Source of the DNA: a virus
Taxonomy: Duplodnaviria; Caudoviricetes
Direction: 5' to 3' (one strand)
Length of the DNA: 64,000 nt
Virus record (IMG/VR): IMGVR_UViG_3300028591_000090
Span: 32,001 to 96,000 of that record
How positions within the stretch are numbered: the first letter of the stretch is position 1; each line of letters opens with the position of its first letter. Under the pieces are notes generated by a model. It searched no databases. It saw only the letters and a list, made by a program, of their open reading frames with translations, and was not told the origin of the DNA. Both the position numbers and the translations under genes were made by a program. Below are positions 25,561 to 34,885 of this stretch, one piece after another.

Positions 25561-25857
25561 TTATCCTTCAAATTCCTCTTTCATTTTGTGAATATTGTAT
25601 TCTTCATCATCCTCCATAAATTTTTTAATATTATCAAATTTTACTTTCAATCCATCTTCACCTAACATATCTCTAAATGATAGCAAATCTCTTTTTGCAC
25701 GGTCTCTTTCTTCTGGATAATCACGGTCATCTGCCATATAGGAACAGAATACTTTCATGTTGTAACTATGAATTTCTTTGTAAATAAGTTCTGTTACTTC
25801 GAGATTTAATTCAAATTTCTTTGAAAGTTTTTCAATGTATGCTTCATATCTTTTCAT
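25561..25857 (-). CDS. hypothetical protein co-transcribed with the group I-like RNA
   Basis: ORF track; promoter within the repeat at 25884. Confidence 0.65.
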   Translation of the reverse strand: MKRYEAYIEKLSKKFELNLEVTELIYKEIHSYNMKVFCSYMADDRDYPEERDRAKRDLLSFRDMLGEDGLKVKFDNIKKFMEDDEEYNIHKMKEEFEG

Positions 25858-25871
25858 AACATTACATTTTT

Positions 25872-25937
25872 TAATTTAACTCTGCAAATATACAAAATAA
25901 AAATCAATTAACCAAATTATTTTCATATTTTTGTTTA
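25872..25937. repeat. 66-bp direct repeat copy 2
   Basis: Identical to 24639..24704. Confidence 0.9.
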
Positions 25938-26296
25938 AGTCTTAAATATTCTTGATATTCTTTTTCTCTTACTTTCTCAACGGATTTCTTTAATGCTTCC
26001 TTGTAATCGGAAATACGTTTTTTTACCTCTCTTGTGAAAACATCATCATCTAAAAGCCCTTCAAATGAAAAATTACAACTACTATTTAAATATTCATCTT
26101 CAAAACAAAAACCTTTCAAAGGTAATTTAATTATCGAATCTTGAATATGACATCCAAATACTTGGTTATCAGAGACTTCTTCAAATTCACATAGGTAGAG
26201 TGCTATCTTTTTCAATTCTAAAGCTCTTCTATTTATTTTTTCTTGAATCTTCGCACATTGTGTTAGTTCTTCTTTTGTTATCAATTTGTCGCTCAT
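25904..26296 (-). CDS. hypothetical protein
   Basis: ORF track. Confidence 0.65.
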   Translation of the reverse strand: MSDKLITKEELTQCAKIQEKINRRALELKKIALYLCEFEEVSDNQVFGCHIQDSIIKLPLKGFCFEDEYLNSSCNFSFEGLLDDDVFTREVKKRISDYKEALKKSVEKVREKEYQEYLRLKQKYENNLVN

Positions 26297-26313
26297 ATCT
26301 TACTTTGTTTTAA

Positions 26314-26703
26314 TCACCACACTTTCAAAAATTTCGTAGTACGTCTCCTCGGTTCAGCAACATAGTCATAATAAGGAGTCCAGTCACTCCAGTACCCAGC
26401 CATCAGCCTTTTGTTGTGTGGTCCGTGGATTCGTTCGTCTACAACTGTATATACATTGTCTTTCAATGTGACACGTATCGTCTTTTGCCCAAATAGAAAC
26501 TCATGATTCCCGTTTGACATCAAGAATCTTTTGATGTATGGAAATAAATCGTAGAAGTTCTTCCACACTTTCTTGCTTCTCTTCAATGACGGAACTCTTA
26601 CTGTTATGCCGATGGTGTCATTCCACTTGTGTCCTTGATTGACATAGCGTTTGTTGTCCCTATGGACAATTCTTGGCATTTTATGATATTCTATTCCTCT
26701 CAT
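26314..26703 (-). CDS. basic hypothetical protein, paralog of 27200..27541
   Basis: Shared RVPSLKR.KK.W.NFY.L.P.IK and TTK.LKVW. Confidence 0.7.
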   Translation of the reverse strand: MRGIEYHKMPRIVHRDNKRYVNQGHKWNDTIGITVRVPSLKRSKKVWKNFYDLFPYIKRFLMSNGNHEFLFGQKTIRVTLKDNVYTVVDERIHGPHNKRLMAGYWSDWTPYYDYVAEPRRRTTKFLKVW

Positions 26704-27155
26704 AAATAATCTTTTTCCTTTAAAGCTTCGAATAATTCACTTTCAATTCTTGCTATCTTATCAAATCTTTCCTCCTTGGCTTTCATTCTGTCTTTTTCTT
26801 CTAAGATAGCTTCATACGCAATACGGCTTAATCTTAAATATAGTTCATCTTTATCTTCAACGGAATCATATTCATAGACAAAATAGTTTTCTTCATAACT
26901 GCACCATAGTTCTTCAAGCGTGCCTTTGCCATATTTCGCTTCAAGCGATTTTAAGTAATTGCAGACATCCTCAATGGATTTTCCAAACAGCATGTCACGA
27001 GAAATCTCGATTCGTTTCCTTACACTTTTGATATTGTAATCGTCATCGGATAACGTTCTGTCTATTACAGAAGCGACAGTATCCCTTGTAATGCCTAAAC
27101 ACTCATAAGTTTCAAACATATCATCGATAAGATCTTTTCTAATCAAATTCTCCAT
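26700..27155 (-). CDS. hypothetical protein
   Basis: ORF track. Confidence 0.65.
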   Translation of the reverse strand: MENLIRKDLIDDMFETYECLGITRDTVASVIDRTLSDDDYNIKSVRKRIEISRDMLFGKSIEDVCNYLKSLEAKYGKGTLEELWCSYEENYFVYEYDSVEDKDELYLRLSRIAYEAILEEKDRMKAKEERFDKIARIESELFEALKEKDYL

Positions 27156-27199
27156 GATTCTACTTAATATTTGTAATTGTATCGTTTGTTATAATCACA

Positions 27200-27541
27200 T
27201 TACCACACTTTCAGATATTTTGTCGTTCTAATTCTGTAGTCTGGTCCATGTAACTTAAACCATCCGCCATGTATTCTTTCTTCTCTTACTGTGTATATGT
27301 TGCCATCTAAAGTGACAGTTCCGCAGTATCTGCCGGCATGCTGTTCACCCATTGACATCAGATGCTCTTTAATCCAAGGATATAGTTTGTAGAAGTTCTC
27401 CCATGTTTTCTTGTTTCTTTTGAGAGACGGGACTCTTATCTTGTAGCCGCAGCTACTGCTCCAACCTTTCGTTTTTATATTATATGCTCCTTTATTATCT
27501 CTGTAGACTGCTTTTGGCATTTTTCTGTAATCTATTTTCAT
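27200..27541 (-). CDS. basic hypothetical protein, paralog of 26314..26703
   Basis: See paralog. Confidence 0.7.
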   Translation of the reverse strand: MKIDYRKMPKAVYRDNKGAYNIKTKGWSSSCGYKIRVPSLKRNKKTWENFYKLYPWIKEHLMSMGEQHAGRYCGTVTLDGNIYTVREERIHGGWFKLHGPDYRIRTTKYLKVW

Positions 27542-27631
27542 AACTTTACCTTTTTTTAATTTAACTCTGCAAATATAAACAAAATTTTTAATAAATGCAA
27601 ATATTTTGGCAAAAAAAATGGAGAAGAGTTA

Positions 27632-27727
27632 CTATTTTTCACCTTCTCCGTTGTCGTAGCCCTCTAATATCATTGTAATTAAAAATGCAATATCGGCTAC
27701 GAGCATAACACTACATAATGCATCCAT
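27632..27727 (-). CDS. 31-aa hydrophobic peptide
   Basis: MDALCSVMLVADIAFLITMILEGYDNGEGEK, followed by a terminator-like hairpin. Confidence 0.4.
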   Translation of the reverse strand: MDALCSVMLVADIAFLITMILEGYDNGEGEK

Positions 27728-27737
27728 TTTATAAAAA

Positions 27738-29885
27738 TTATTTTGTAATATATCTTAGTTCACCATTATGAACACGTATATTTGAATTTTTATCTGAATA
27801 TTGACCTAATATATTTGCTCTTAAAAATTGTTGTCTTTGTTGTTCTGCTTTATAAGATTTAACAATTATATCAGAATAAGAAAAATTACCATCATAATCA
27901 ACTTGTTTTAATCTAAAATAAGAAAATAAAGAACCACTAATATCAATTATCGGTTCTGCTGTATATGTATAACCAGTTGTCGAAGCAGATGAAATTTGAT
28001 ACGTACATTCGGTAAAATCCGTTCCATTGCTTGAATATTCAACTACAAAAAAATCATTGTTCGTTTCTGATTCAGTCTTCCACTCGAATTTGTTGCCGTT
28101 GATTTTGAAATATGTTAGTGAGATTGGGAGAAATATTGCCATATTTTTTTCATTCATACAATCTTCATATGAAGAATATGCTGCTATTGCACTTTTCGCT
28201 TTTAAAGCGTTCCCATTGTTTTGATTATTACGTACATCATAATATGGATTTTCTCTTATTACATTATCATTTATGTCAGATTCATCTTCTGGAGTCCATT
28301 CGTTATCCCAACCTGTATCACTATTAGTTAAATATAAAAGAATACCTAAGCAAAATCCCATATTATCTGCATTATTCGCAATTAATAATTTTGAATTATT
28401 TTCCCACGTATTTGATTCATATAATTCTCTATTTGATTTATTAGGATTATAACACAAATTCATTATTGATTTTTTAGTAACAACATATTTAATATTGTTA
28501 CTAATACTACCACCAATAGTTAATATGCCACTTGTATTATTTTCCTCATCATCTGACACTACCATTGTTTTTGATGAAATAACTTCATCCGCTATGATAT
28601 GACCATATATTTTAATATTGTTTATATTACCATCTATTTGTAAAGTATCAACATTAACATAAGAACAAGCATCAAAAACTAAATTTCCAGAATATAAATA
28701 CCCTTGACCATTATACATTGTTAATTTACTGGATGATATTTCTCCATTCATTTTAAAAGATGGCTCATTTGTACTTAATCTGACTGTATCCGCAGTAATA
28801 GAACTTCCACAATTAAGAGTTAAATAACTTTTATTTCCTTGCGACTGACCAGTCATATATAAATTAACCTCATCTCCTTTAATATCACCAGCATTATAAA
28901 ATAATACATCTCCATGATTAGATACGTATCCATAATTAAACGTGAATTTTGAAACATCTATTTCACCATAATTATATATTAAACCTTTGGATATATTATT
29001 CTCTTCTGTAAGAGTCAATTTTGCACCATTTTCAACAATCAATGTTGCCCCATAATCTAAATTCAAAAAGCAATACTCTTCATCCTCTGAAACGATATAT
29101 GTTTCATTAAAGCCGATATTTAATGTCTCACAATCATATTCTACAGTTATTGCGTGTTCTATATCAGCAATCGTTATTGATAGTTCATTTTCTTCGAGTT
29201 CGTATGTCTCAACATCATCAATAACACTTTGTGCATCAACATGCTTTGTTTGGCTACTATTACCATTATCTTTATATATTGGACCAGTTGTTGTTCCAAA
29301 CACATAAAAATCACTATTACCACTTGTTTTTAATCTAACAACCGCATTAGAATTATACTGATAAGATCCCCACTCTCTTCGTGACCAATAAGACACTAAA
29401 TTTTTCTCAACAACAATATTAGAGTTATTATCTTGGTTAAATCTAACATACCAATAATTATCGGCAATATCATGTGTAACCAAATTTCCCTTTATATATA
29501 AATTTGCATTCTTACCCAAATAAACATCCGAACAATCTCCTATGTCAAAATCTCCATTTATTATTAGTATTGAATTGTCATCTACATATAAATTACCCCA
29601 ATTTAATAAATTTAAATCACCATCAAGGCGAACATATCCTGATATATGAAGATTTGTACTATATGAAACATTAAACTCATCGAAGTTATTAGAATTATTA
29701 TCATTTGATATTGTAAATGGAGTATGCCCTGTCCAATTTGATATAGTCTCAAATTCTTTACCAGGATTTGTTCCACCATTTATATAAGCATCATATATAG
29801 CCCCCTTCGCCTCAATAATATTGGCAAAAAACAGTATTATAAATAATATAACAATCAACAATATTCCTTTACTTTCTCGTTTCAT
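27738..29885 (-). CDS. secreted beta-rich protein resembling Bacteroidota T9SS cargo
   Basis: Signal peptide; LPISLTYF..W.T.SE.NND.F.VE.S.NG..YFRLKQVDYDG.FSYS domain; C-terminal NILGQ...K. Confidence 0.7.
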   Translation of the reverse strand: MKRESKGILLIVILFIILFFANIIEAKGAIYDAYINGGTNPGKEFETISNWTGHTPFTISNDNNSNNFDEFNVSYSTNLHISGYVRLDGDLNLLNWGNLYVDDNSILIINGDFDIGDCSDVYLGKNANLYIKGNLVTHDIADNYWYVRFNQDNNSNIVVEKNLVSYWSRREWGSYQYNSNAVVRLKTSGNSDFYVFGTTTGPIYKDNGNSSQTKHVDAQSVIDDVETYELEENELSITIADIEHAITVEYDCETLNIGFNETYIVSEDEEYCFLNLDYGATLIVENGAKLTLTEENNISKGLIYNYGEIDVSKFTFNYGYVSNHGDVLFYNAGDIKGDEVNLYMTGQSQGNKSYLTLNCGSSITADTVRLSTNEPSFKMNGEISSSKLTMYNGQGYLYSGNLVFDACSYVNVDTLQIDGNINNIKIYGHIIADEVISSKTMVVSDDEENNTSGILTIGGSISNNIKYVVTKKSIMNLCYNPNKSNRELYESNTWENNSKLLIANNADNMGFCLGILLYLTNSDTGWDNEWTPEDESDINDNVIRENPYYDVRNNQNNGNALKAKSAIAAYSSYEDCMNEKNMAIFLPISLTYFKINGNKFEWKTESETNNDFFVVEYSSNGTDFTECTYQISSASTTGYTYTAEPIIDISGSLFSYFRLKQVDYDGNFSYSDIIVKSYKAEQQRQQFLRANILGQYSDKNSNIRVHNGELRYITK

Positions 29886-29909
29886 TTCTCAATTAAATCA
29901 TTTTATATA

Positions 29910-31264
29910 GTTTCAAAATCCATAGCAAAATATGGAAATTGTTTATAATTTAACAATTACTGGGTGAACTACAACACCCTCTATCCCATCGTTGAAAACT
30001 TTTGGGAATGCTTTTCTCATGATGTTATAGCTTCCGTTTACATCTGCGTTTATCTTGTTCCCATTTTCTGAAATAAACAAGCCACGGCGAACACGCTTGC
30101 CTTTATAAACATCATGCTTTTTAATTTCTTCCAAATCAAGGAAACTGCATTTAGATGTGTAGTTTTCCTCGTTTGTAATTACTTTTATCCCCACCTTTTC
30201 GCATTTGTATGAAATCATTTCAACAAATCTACTGTGGGGTATTTGTATGAAGTTCTGATTGTTTTTTGAACCGATGTTACAGTCTTTCTTCCATCCGTCG
30301 TTCTTTCCAATAACCAGAACAGATATATTCTTGTCTTTTAAATCATTGACTATTCTCTTACTTGCACGATGCAAGTAGTTGTCTACTTTATTATTCCTTT
30401 TATTTGTGAGCCTTCTTGTCCTATGCGAATGCTTTTTCTTATTGACTTTTTCTAATTTAGACTTATGTTTCGCAAGTTCCTTATTATAGAACTGGTTCAT
30501 CGATTTCAAAGGTTTTCCGTTTATTATAACTGGCTGTTCTCCATACGAATATGTTACCGTAGCAAGGTTATTAACGCCTAAATCAATTGAGGCAATTCTT
30601 TTATTGAATTTTACTTTTTCTACATCATCTATTGTATAGATTACCTCAATTACATATTGCTCGATTCTTGGAACAATCCTTACACAATTTATTGATTTAA
30701 AGTCGTTTATTTTTGTATAAAATTCTATGTTTACTTTTGATAGTTTAATTTTATGGGACTTATCAAATACTTTTTTTGAGATAGTCTGATTGTTGAATAC
30801 TGTAACATATCTTCCATCTTCTTTGTGTAAGAATTTTGGAAACTTGATGTTTTTATTATCAACATTATTTGAACGAATCATTCCGAAAAACGAGTTGCAA
30901 GTCGCATGAACAGCACGAAGTGTCGCCTGAGCAACCTTCTGCGGAAGTCGCTTGAAGCATTCATCGTTCTTCATATATAAATACGAATCATTCAATACAT
31001 TATATGTTTTGCTTTCTTCATATTCCTTTCGTATCAGATATAATGTCCTGTTATATATGTTTTTTGAAGAAAAACACAGCGAATCACATTCCTTATATAA
31101 GGAATGATTTCTATTAATAATATGTCTTTCTACCAATTGCATTTCTGTATAATAATACAGTTTCTTTTTATTATTTATTTGCAAAAATAATTGATTTTTT
31201 TTGTCAAATAAATTGTATTGTTTCCATAAATTTTCTATAATGTTATATAAAAATAATACAGACA
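29910..31264 (-). mobile_element. non-autonomous IS200/IS605-type tnpB element (right end +/-3 nt)
   Basis: Inserted after TTTAT; removal restores the C-terminus ...IPASLLYKMI* of the interrupted gene; subterminal hairpin and TTTGAAAC end. Confidence 0.7.
29943..31142 (-). CDS. tnpB: TnpB RNA-guided endonuclease (399 aa from MQLVERH), rearranged RuvC-II type
   Basis: SIDLGVNN, VIG in place of the usual E with alternative E in NEENYTS, INADVNG. Confidence 0.88.
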   Translation of the reverse strand: MQLVERHIINRNHSLYKECDSLCFSSKNIYNRTLYLIRKEYEESKTYNVLNDSYLYMKNDECFKRLPQKVAQATLRAVHATCNSFFGMIRSNNVDNKNIKFPKFLHKEDGRYVTVFNNQTISKKVFDKSHKIKLSKVNIEFYTKINDFKSINCVRIVPRIEQYVIEVIYTIDDVEKVKFNKRIASIDLGVNNLATVTYSYGEQPVIINGKPLKSMNQFYNKELAKHKSKLEKVNKKKHSHRTRRLTNKRNNKVDNYLHRASKRIVNDLKDKNISVLVIGKNDGWKKDCNIGSKNNQNFIQIPHSRFVEMISYKCEKVGIKVITNEENYTSKCSFLDLEEIKKHDVYKGKRVRRGLFISENGNKINADVNGSYNIMRKAFPKVFNDGIEGVVVHPVIVKL

Positions 31265-31973
31265 ATAAACTTGCTGGAATATTTTCATAAGTGAAATAAC
31301 AATTTTTAATATTCATTGCTGTATCTTTATATATCTTAATATTATTTAATTTATTTAAATTTATTTTAAAAACAACATATTGTTTAAGTCCAAGACTATC
31401 TGCCAATTCTGATAATTGTTCATCTATTGTACTAAAATCACTTGTTGAATATAAAAAAATCTTTTCTGGATAATATCTATATTCTGCACTTCGGCAACGT
31501 AATCCTTTTTTCATAATAAAGTTATAGTTTCTTTTATTTGTTATATGGAAACAAATTCCTTTATTTTCATTAAAGATTATATCCGTTGCATCTGTTGTAT
31601 AAACTGGTTCTATATATAATGTATCATCATCATTATAAGTAATATAATAATTAAAAAAATCTAATATATTTTTAAAATGTTCATTTAACAGTATTTCTAT
31701 TTTCCTATCTTTATTTTTACATTTAATTTCAAGGTTTGTTTTATCATCACTTGTTATCTTATTATATTCAACATCATCTGCAACATATTGTTTTAATTTT
31801 GCAATAAGAGAGTCTATATTATGAGATTGTAACATTTCACCTATAAAATCATATCTCCAATCTTCATTAAATTTTTCTTCAATCAATGAAAAGTCATTAC
31901 CGAAGAAATCTTTCAAAAATTTCTTTTTCTCGCAACATTTACAATATTCGTCAAACAGTAATACTTTTTTCAT
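29943..31973 (-). CDS. in-frame fusion ORF: ADP-ribosyltransferase-fold-like phage protein plus TnpB
   Basis: N-terminal part has FHIT.....I.KKGL..IFL..VFKI..YFTYENIP pattern; read-through across the IS left end has no stop. Confidence 0.5.
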   Translation of the reverse strand: MKKVLLFDEYCKCCEKKKFLKDFFGNDFSLIEEKFNEDWRYDFIGEMLQSHNIDSLIAKLKQYVADDVEYNKITSDDKTNLEIKCKNKDRKIEILLNEHFKNILDFFNYYITYNDDDTLYIEPVYTTDATDIIFNENKGICFHITNKRNYNFIMKKGLRCRSAEYRYYPEKIFLYSTSDFSTIDEQLSELADSLGLKQYVVFKINLNKLNNIKIYKDTAMNIKNCYFTYENIPASLLSVLFLYNIIENLWKQYNLFDKKNQLFLQINNKKKLYYYTEMQLVERHIINRNHSLYKECDSLCFSSKNIYNRTLYLIRKEYEESKTYNVLNDSYLYMKNDECFKRLPQKVAQATLRAVHATCNSFFGMIRSNNVDNKNIKFPKFLHKEDGRYVTVFNNQTISKKVFDKSHKIKLSKVNIEFYTKINDFKSINCVRIVPRIEQYVIEVIYTIDDVEKVKFNKRIASIDLGVNNLATVTYSYGEQPVIINGKPLKSMNQFYNKELAKHKSKLEKVNKKKHSHRTRRLTNKRNNKVDNYLHRASKRIVNDLKDKNISVLVIGKNDGWKKDCNIGSKNNQNFIQIPHSRFVEMISYKCEKVGIKVITNEENYTSKCSFLDLEEIKKHDVYKGKRVRRGLFISENGNKINADVNGSYNIMRKAFPKVFNDGIEGVVVHPVIVKL

Positions 31974-32170
31974 TTCTTTACTTTGTTTAATTTATGATTA
32001 AGAGCAAGAAGAGATTTTACAACCTCAATCTTATCATCTCTATCGTCTACACCTTTATCTATAATATTCATCATTTTGAGAATAATTAGAGTTTGAGATG
32101 TAAATTCTGGACCGGGAATAGGGTGGGTTTCTTTTTCCCACGTTCTCATTCCGATTTTGATAAACTTCAT
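31970..32170 (-). CDS. small hypothetical protein (frame extends upstream to ~32270)
   Basis: ORF track; possible frameshift near the original start. Confidence 0.5.
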   Translation of the reverse strand: MKFIKIGMRTWEKETHPIPGPEFTSQTLIILKMMNIIDKGVDDRDDKIEVVKSLLALNHKLNKVKK

Positions 32171-32381
32171 TATCCGTTTCTCTTCTTCGTATGTAACTTC
32201 TTTTAGTTCTTTACGAAGACGGAAATAGATTTTTATCCAAGTCCAAAGATTTATTTTTGTTTTTACCGCCCCATTTGTTTGTATCTTTTTTTATTTATTT
32301 ATGAGCCGCAAATATACCAAAAAAGTTGTAGATTCATAAAAAAACCTACAACTTCGCACAAAGAAAATATCAACAATTTAA

Positions 32382-32825
32382 CTATTCTATATTAATAGCG
32401 AATGCTTTTGTTTCTGGTTCTTTCTTTTCCTTAAATGGAATTGCGACGTAAAGCAAACCATTTTCGTATTTAACTTTGATACCCTCGATATTAAACAAGT
32501 CTTTATCAACGTCGATAATAAACTCATTAATGTATCTGATTGTTTTCACCTCGTAATTTCTTATTGGTTCTTGACAATCTTTTTCTGTATTACGAGTAAT
32601 AACGAGTTGGTTATTCTCATTAAAGTTTACAGATAAGTCTTCTTTTCGAACACCAGGATAGGCAATCTCAAAATGAGAACCCCAATCATCTCTGTATTTG
32701 TTTACATTCGTATCAATCATACCAATTTCATTTTTTACTTCAATAGAATCGCTTCCAAGTGCTTCCATCAATTTCTTTTTCATTTCATCTGATACTTTAT
32801 CAGAAATTATAAGTCTTCCGTACAT
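32382..32825 (-). CDS. small heat-shock protein (Hsp20)
   Basis: PGVRKEDLSV...VKYENGLLYVAIP. Confidence 0.85.
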   Translation of the reverse strand: MYGRLIISDKVSDEMKKKLMEALGSDSIEVKNEIGMIDTNVNKYRDDWGSHFEIAYPGVRKEDLSVNFNENNQLVITRNTEKDCQEPIRNYEVKTIRYINEFIIDVDKDLFNIEGIKVKYENGLLYVAIPFKEKKEPETKAFAINIE

Positions 32826-32837
32826 AGTTTTATATTT

Positions 32838-33290
32838 TTAATCAATTTTAATACTAAATCCTTTATTTTTCTTTTCTTTAACAAAAGGTACTGTAATTGT
32901 CATCATACCGTTTTCAACTTTTACTTTTGTTTTCTCTACATCTGTATTTTTTGTAGGAATATTAAAGAAGAAATCTGATTGTGGGAAAGGAATATTTTCT
33001 TTTTCTTTGAATTGAATAGAAAGATAAGAACCTTCCTTAATTTCAACCGAAATATCTTCTTTTGAATATCCTGGTACTGCGACATAGAAAAGAGCACCGT
33101 CTTCGTTTACTCTTTTAATGTAGTTTCTACCAGAGAAAGATTCAAACATTTTCGATACAGAATCAGTAAGGTTTGTGTTTTGTGGACAGAAAGAATCGAA
33201 CATATCGTTCATTGATTTTCTTAAATCCTTTAGAGTTGCTAACATATTATTATTTTCCATAGTTTTTAAATTTTTTAATTTTCTCGCCAC
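32838..33290 (-). CDS. small heat-shock protein (Hsp20)
   Basis: VPGYSKEDISVEI...VENGMMTITVP. Confidence 0.85.
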   Translation of the reverse strand: MARKLKNLKTMENNNMLATLKDLRKSMNDMFDSFCPQNTNLTDSVSKMFESFSGRNYIKRVNEDGALFYVAVPGYSKEDISVEIKEGSYLSIQFKEKENIPFPQSDFFFNIPTKNTDVEKTKVKVENGMMTITVPFVKEKKNKGFSIKID

Positions 33291-33369
33291 TTGTCAATTA
33301 CCGTGCCACACAATAGTAATATGACAAAATGACAGAAAATTTAAAATTTATCTGTCATTTTTGCAAACA

Positions 33370-33585
33370 CTACGAAATCAATCCGTTACTGTCTTTTGGT
33401 AGAAACTCATCTGGAACTTTACCACATTTAGCACAAACAAATGTTTGAATTGGCATAACGGTATCTTTTGTTTCTCCAGTTAATAACTTACTAAAACGGT
33501 AGAACATATGTGCCTCAAGAAAAGCAGTACCACCACATTCACAAACCAATTGCTTCCCGTCTGATAATTTCAAATTTCCGTCCAT
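33370..33585 (-). CDS. Zn-ribbon protein
   Basis: CECG...CAKCG. Confidence 0.7.
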   Translation of the reverse strand: MDGNLKLSDGKQLVCECGGTAFLEAHMFYRFSKLLTGETKDTVMPIQTFVCAKCGKVPDEFLPKDSNGLIS

Positions 33586-33586
33586 C

Positions 33587-34069
33587 TTATTCGTATTTTT
33601 TTTCTTTATCTTTGTTTATTTCAAGAGTCAAATCCAAAATATTATCTTGAATCACTCTTTGACAAGTTTTTAATTCTTGATACATATTAAGAGCATTCTT
33701 TGCTGCAATTGCATAGATTTCTTGGTTTCTCAACATCATTTGCTTCTTTGCTTTCTTAAAGGCAATCTTCTTACCATAGTTTTCGTCATATTGGTCTCCT
33801 TGAGATAATACAACCGTCCCAACAAATGTTTCATATCCAAAAACATTTCTTTCGTTTAAATGCTGAATTTTTTTTGTTTTTCGGTTTTTAACAAAAACAG
33901 AAAACAATTCTTCACTTGCAGAAGTTGTTGGACTTGATGTTGTAAAACGAGCAGAAATTTTACACGTAATTGCTCTCTTCTTCTCTGTTGTTACAGATTT
34001 GAAATACTCGACATCTTTAATTAAGAATCCCCAAATTTTTGGTCTTCTTTGTTTCTTTACTGCTTCCAT
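33587..34069 (-). CDS. hypothetical phage protein
   Basis: D.YDE..GKKIA motif. Confidence 0.65.
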   Translation of the reverse strand: MEAVKKQRRPKIWGFLIKDVEYFKSVTTEKKRAITCKISARFTTSSPTTSASEELFSVFVKNRKTKKIQHLNERNVFGYETFVGTVVLSQGDQYDENYGKKIAFKKAKKQMMLRNQEIYAIAAKNALNMYQELKTCQRVIQDNILDLTLEINKDKEKKYE

Positions 34070-34078
34070 ATTATTCTA

Positions 34079-34879
34079 TTATTTTAAGTTTTCTTTAATA
34101 TTAAAAATTTCTATAGCCATATCATAAAAACCAGTATCTACAAATTTGGCACACGCAGGTGAAAATATTTCGTTAAAAACACCTATAAAATATTCTTTAT
34201 CTAAAAATTTATATATTAGTGGTAACGCACAATATATAGATTTATCATTTTGAATACAAATAGAAACATCTTCTACATCTTTAGCAAAACAAATTCCAAT
34301 TTTTATATTATCTGAAATAACTAAAGTTTGCATTCTTTCAAAAGCAAGATTTTCTTGTAGTACTTTATCAAAACCATCTTTTATAGAACATTCTAATTTT
34401 TTAAGAATTTCATCTCTTGAAAAATCAATAAGAATACGTCTTTCGTTTATTGCTTTTAAAGGAGAAGATTCAATTCCATATTTTAAAATATTCTCTTGAA
34501 GGGAATATATTTCGCAATAAAAACAGTCGTTTTCTTCATTAAAAGAAAAGTCCATTTTAAATGGGAAAAAAATACGATGCAAAATATCCATTAAGGCTCT
34601 TTGTTCTTTTTTATAATAATGAAAAGCTTCATTATCTATAAAAAGTTTAAAATTACATATATCAAAAAAACTTATATATGTACCTTCTTCTGTTCCAAAT
34701 ATATTTATAACAAACGTATTATAATGCCAAAGTCTTTTTAAATTATCATAATCAAAATCTGATAATTTCTTATTAAAAGAATCTTTAATTTTTTGTTCAA
34801 TGCCAAAATCTTTTGGCTTACCTACTAATTCTGGATATTTACTAAAAATAAATCCAAGTTTTTTTTCTTTTTTTTCCAT
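34079..34879 (-). CDS. hypothetical protein, tandem paralog of 34886..35713
   Basis: Shared KKLGF.F..YP.L.GK, DCF..EI, IFSP, KENLK. Confidence 0.7.
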   Translation of the reverse strand: MEKKEKKLGFIFSKYPELVGKPKDFGIEQKIKDSFNKKLSDFDYDNLKRLWHYNTFVINIFGTEEGTYISFFDICNFKLFIDNEAFHYYKKEQRALMDILHRIFFPFKMDFSFNEENDCFYCEIYSLQENILKYGIESSPLKAINERRILIDFSRDEILKKLECSIKDGFDKVLQENLAFERMQTLVISDNIKIGICFAKDVEDVSICIQNDKSIYCALPLIYKFLDKEYFIGVFNEIFSPACAKFVDTGFYDMAIEIFNIKENLK

Positions 34880-34885
34880 ATTATT

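Noticed and set aside
29943-31142. Nuclease-dead TnpB (TldR-like)
   Set aside because: The canonical RuvC-II Glu is Gly, but a downstream Glu (NEENYTS) fits the known rearranged active site and both Asp residues are intact.
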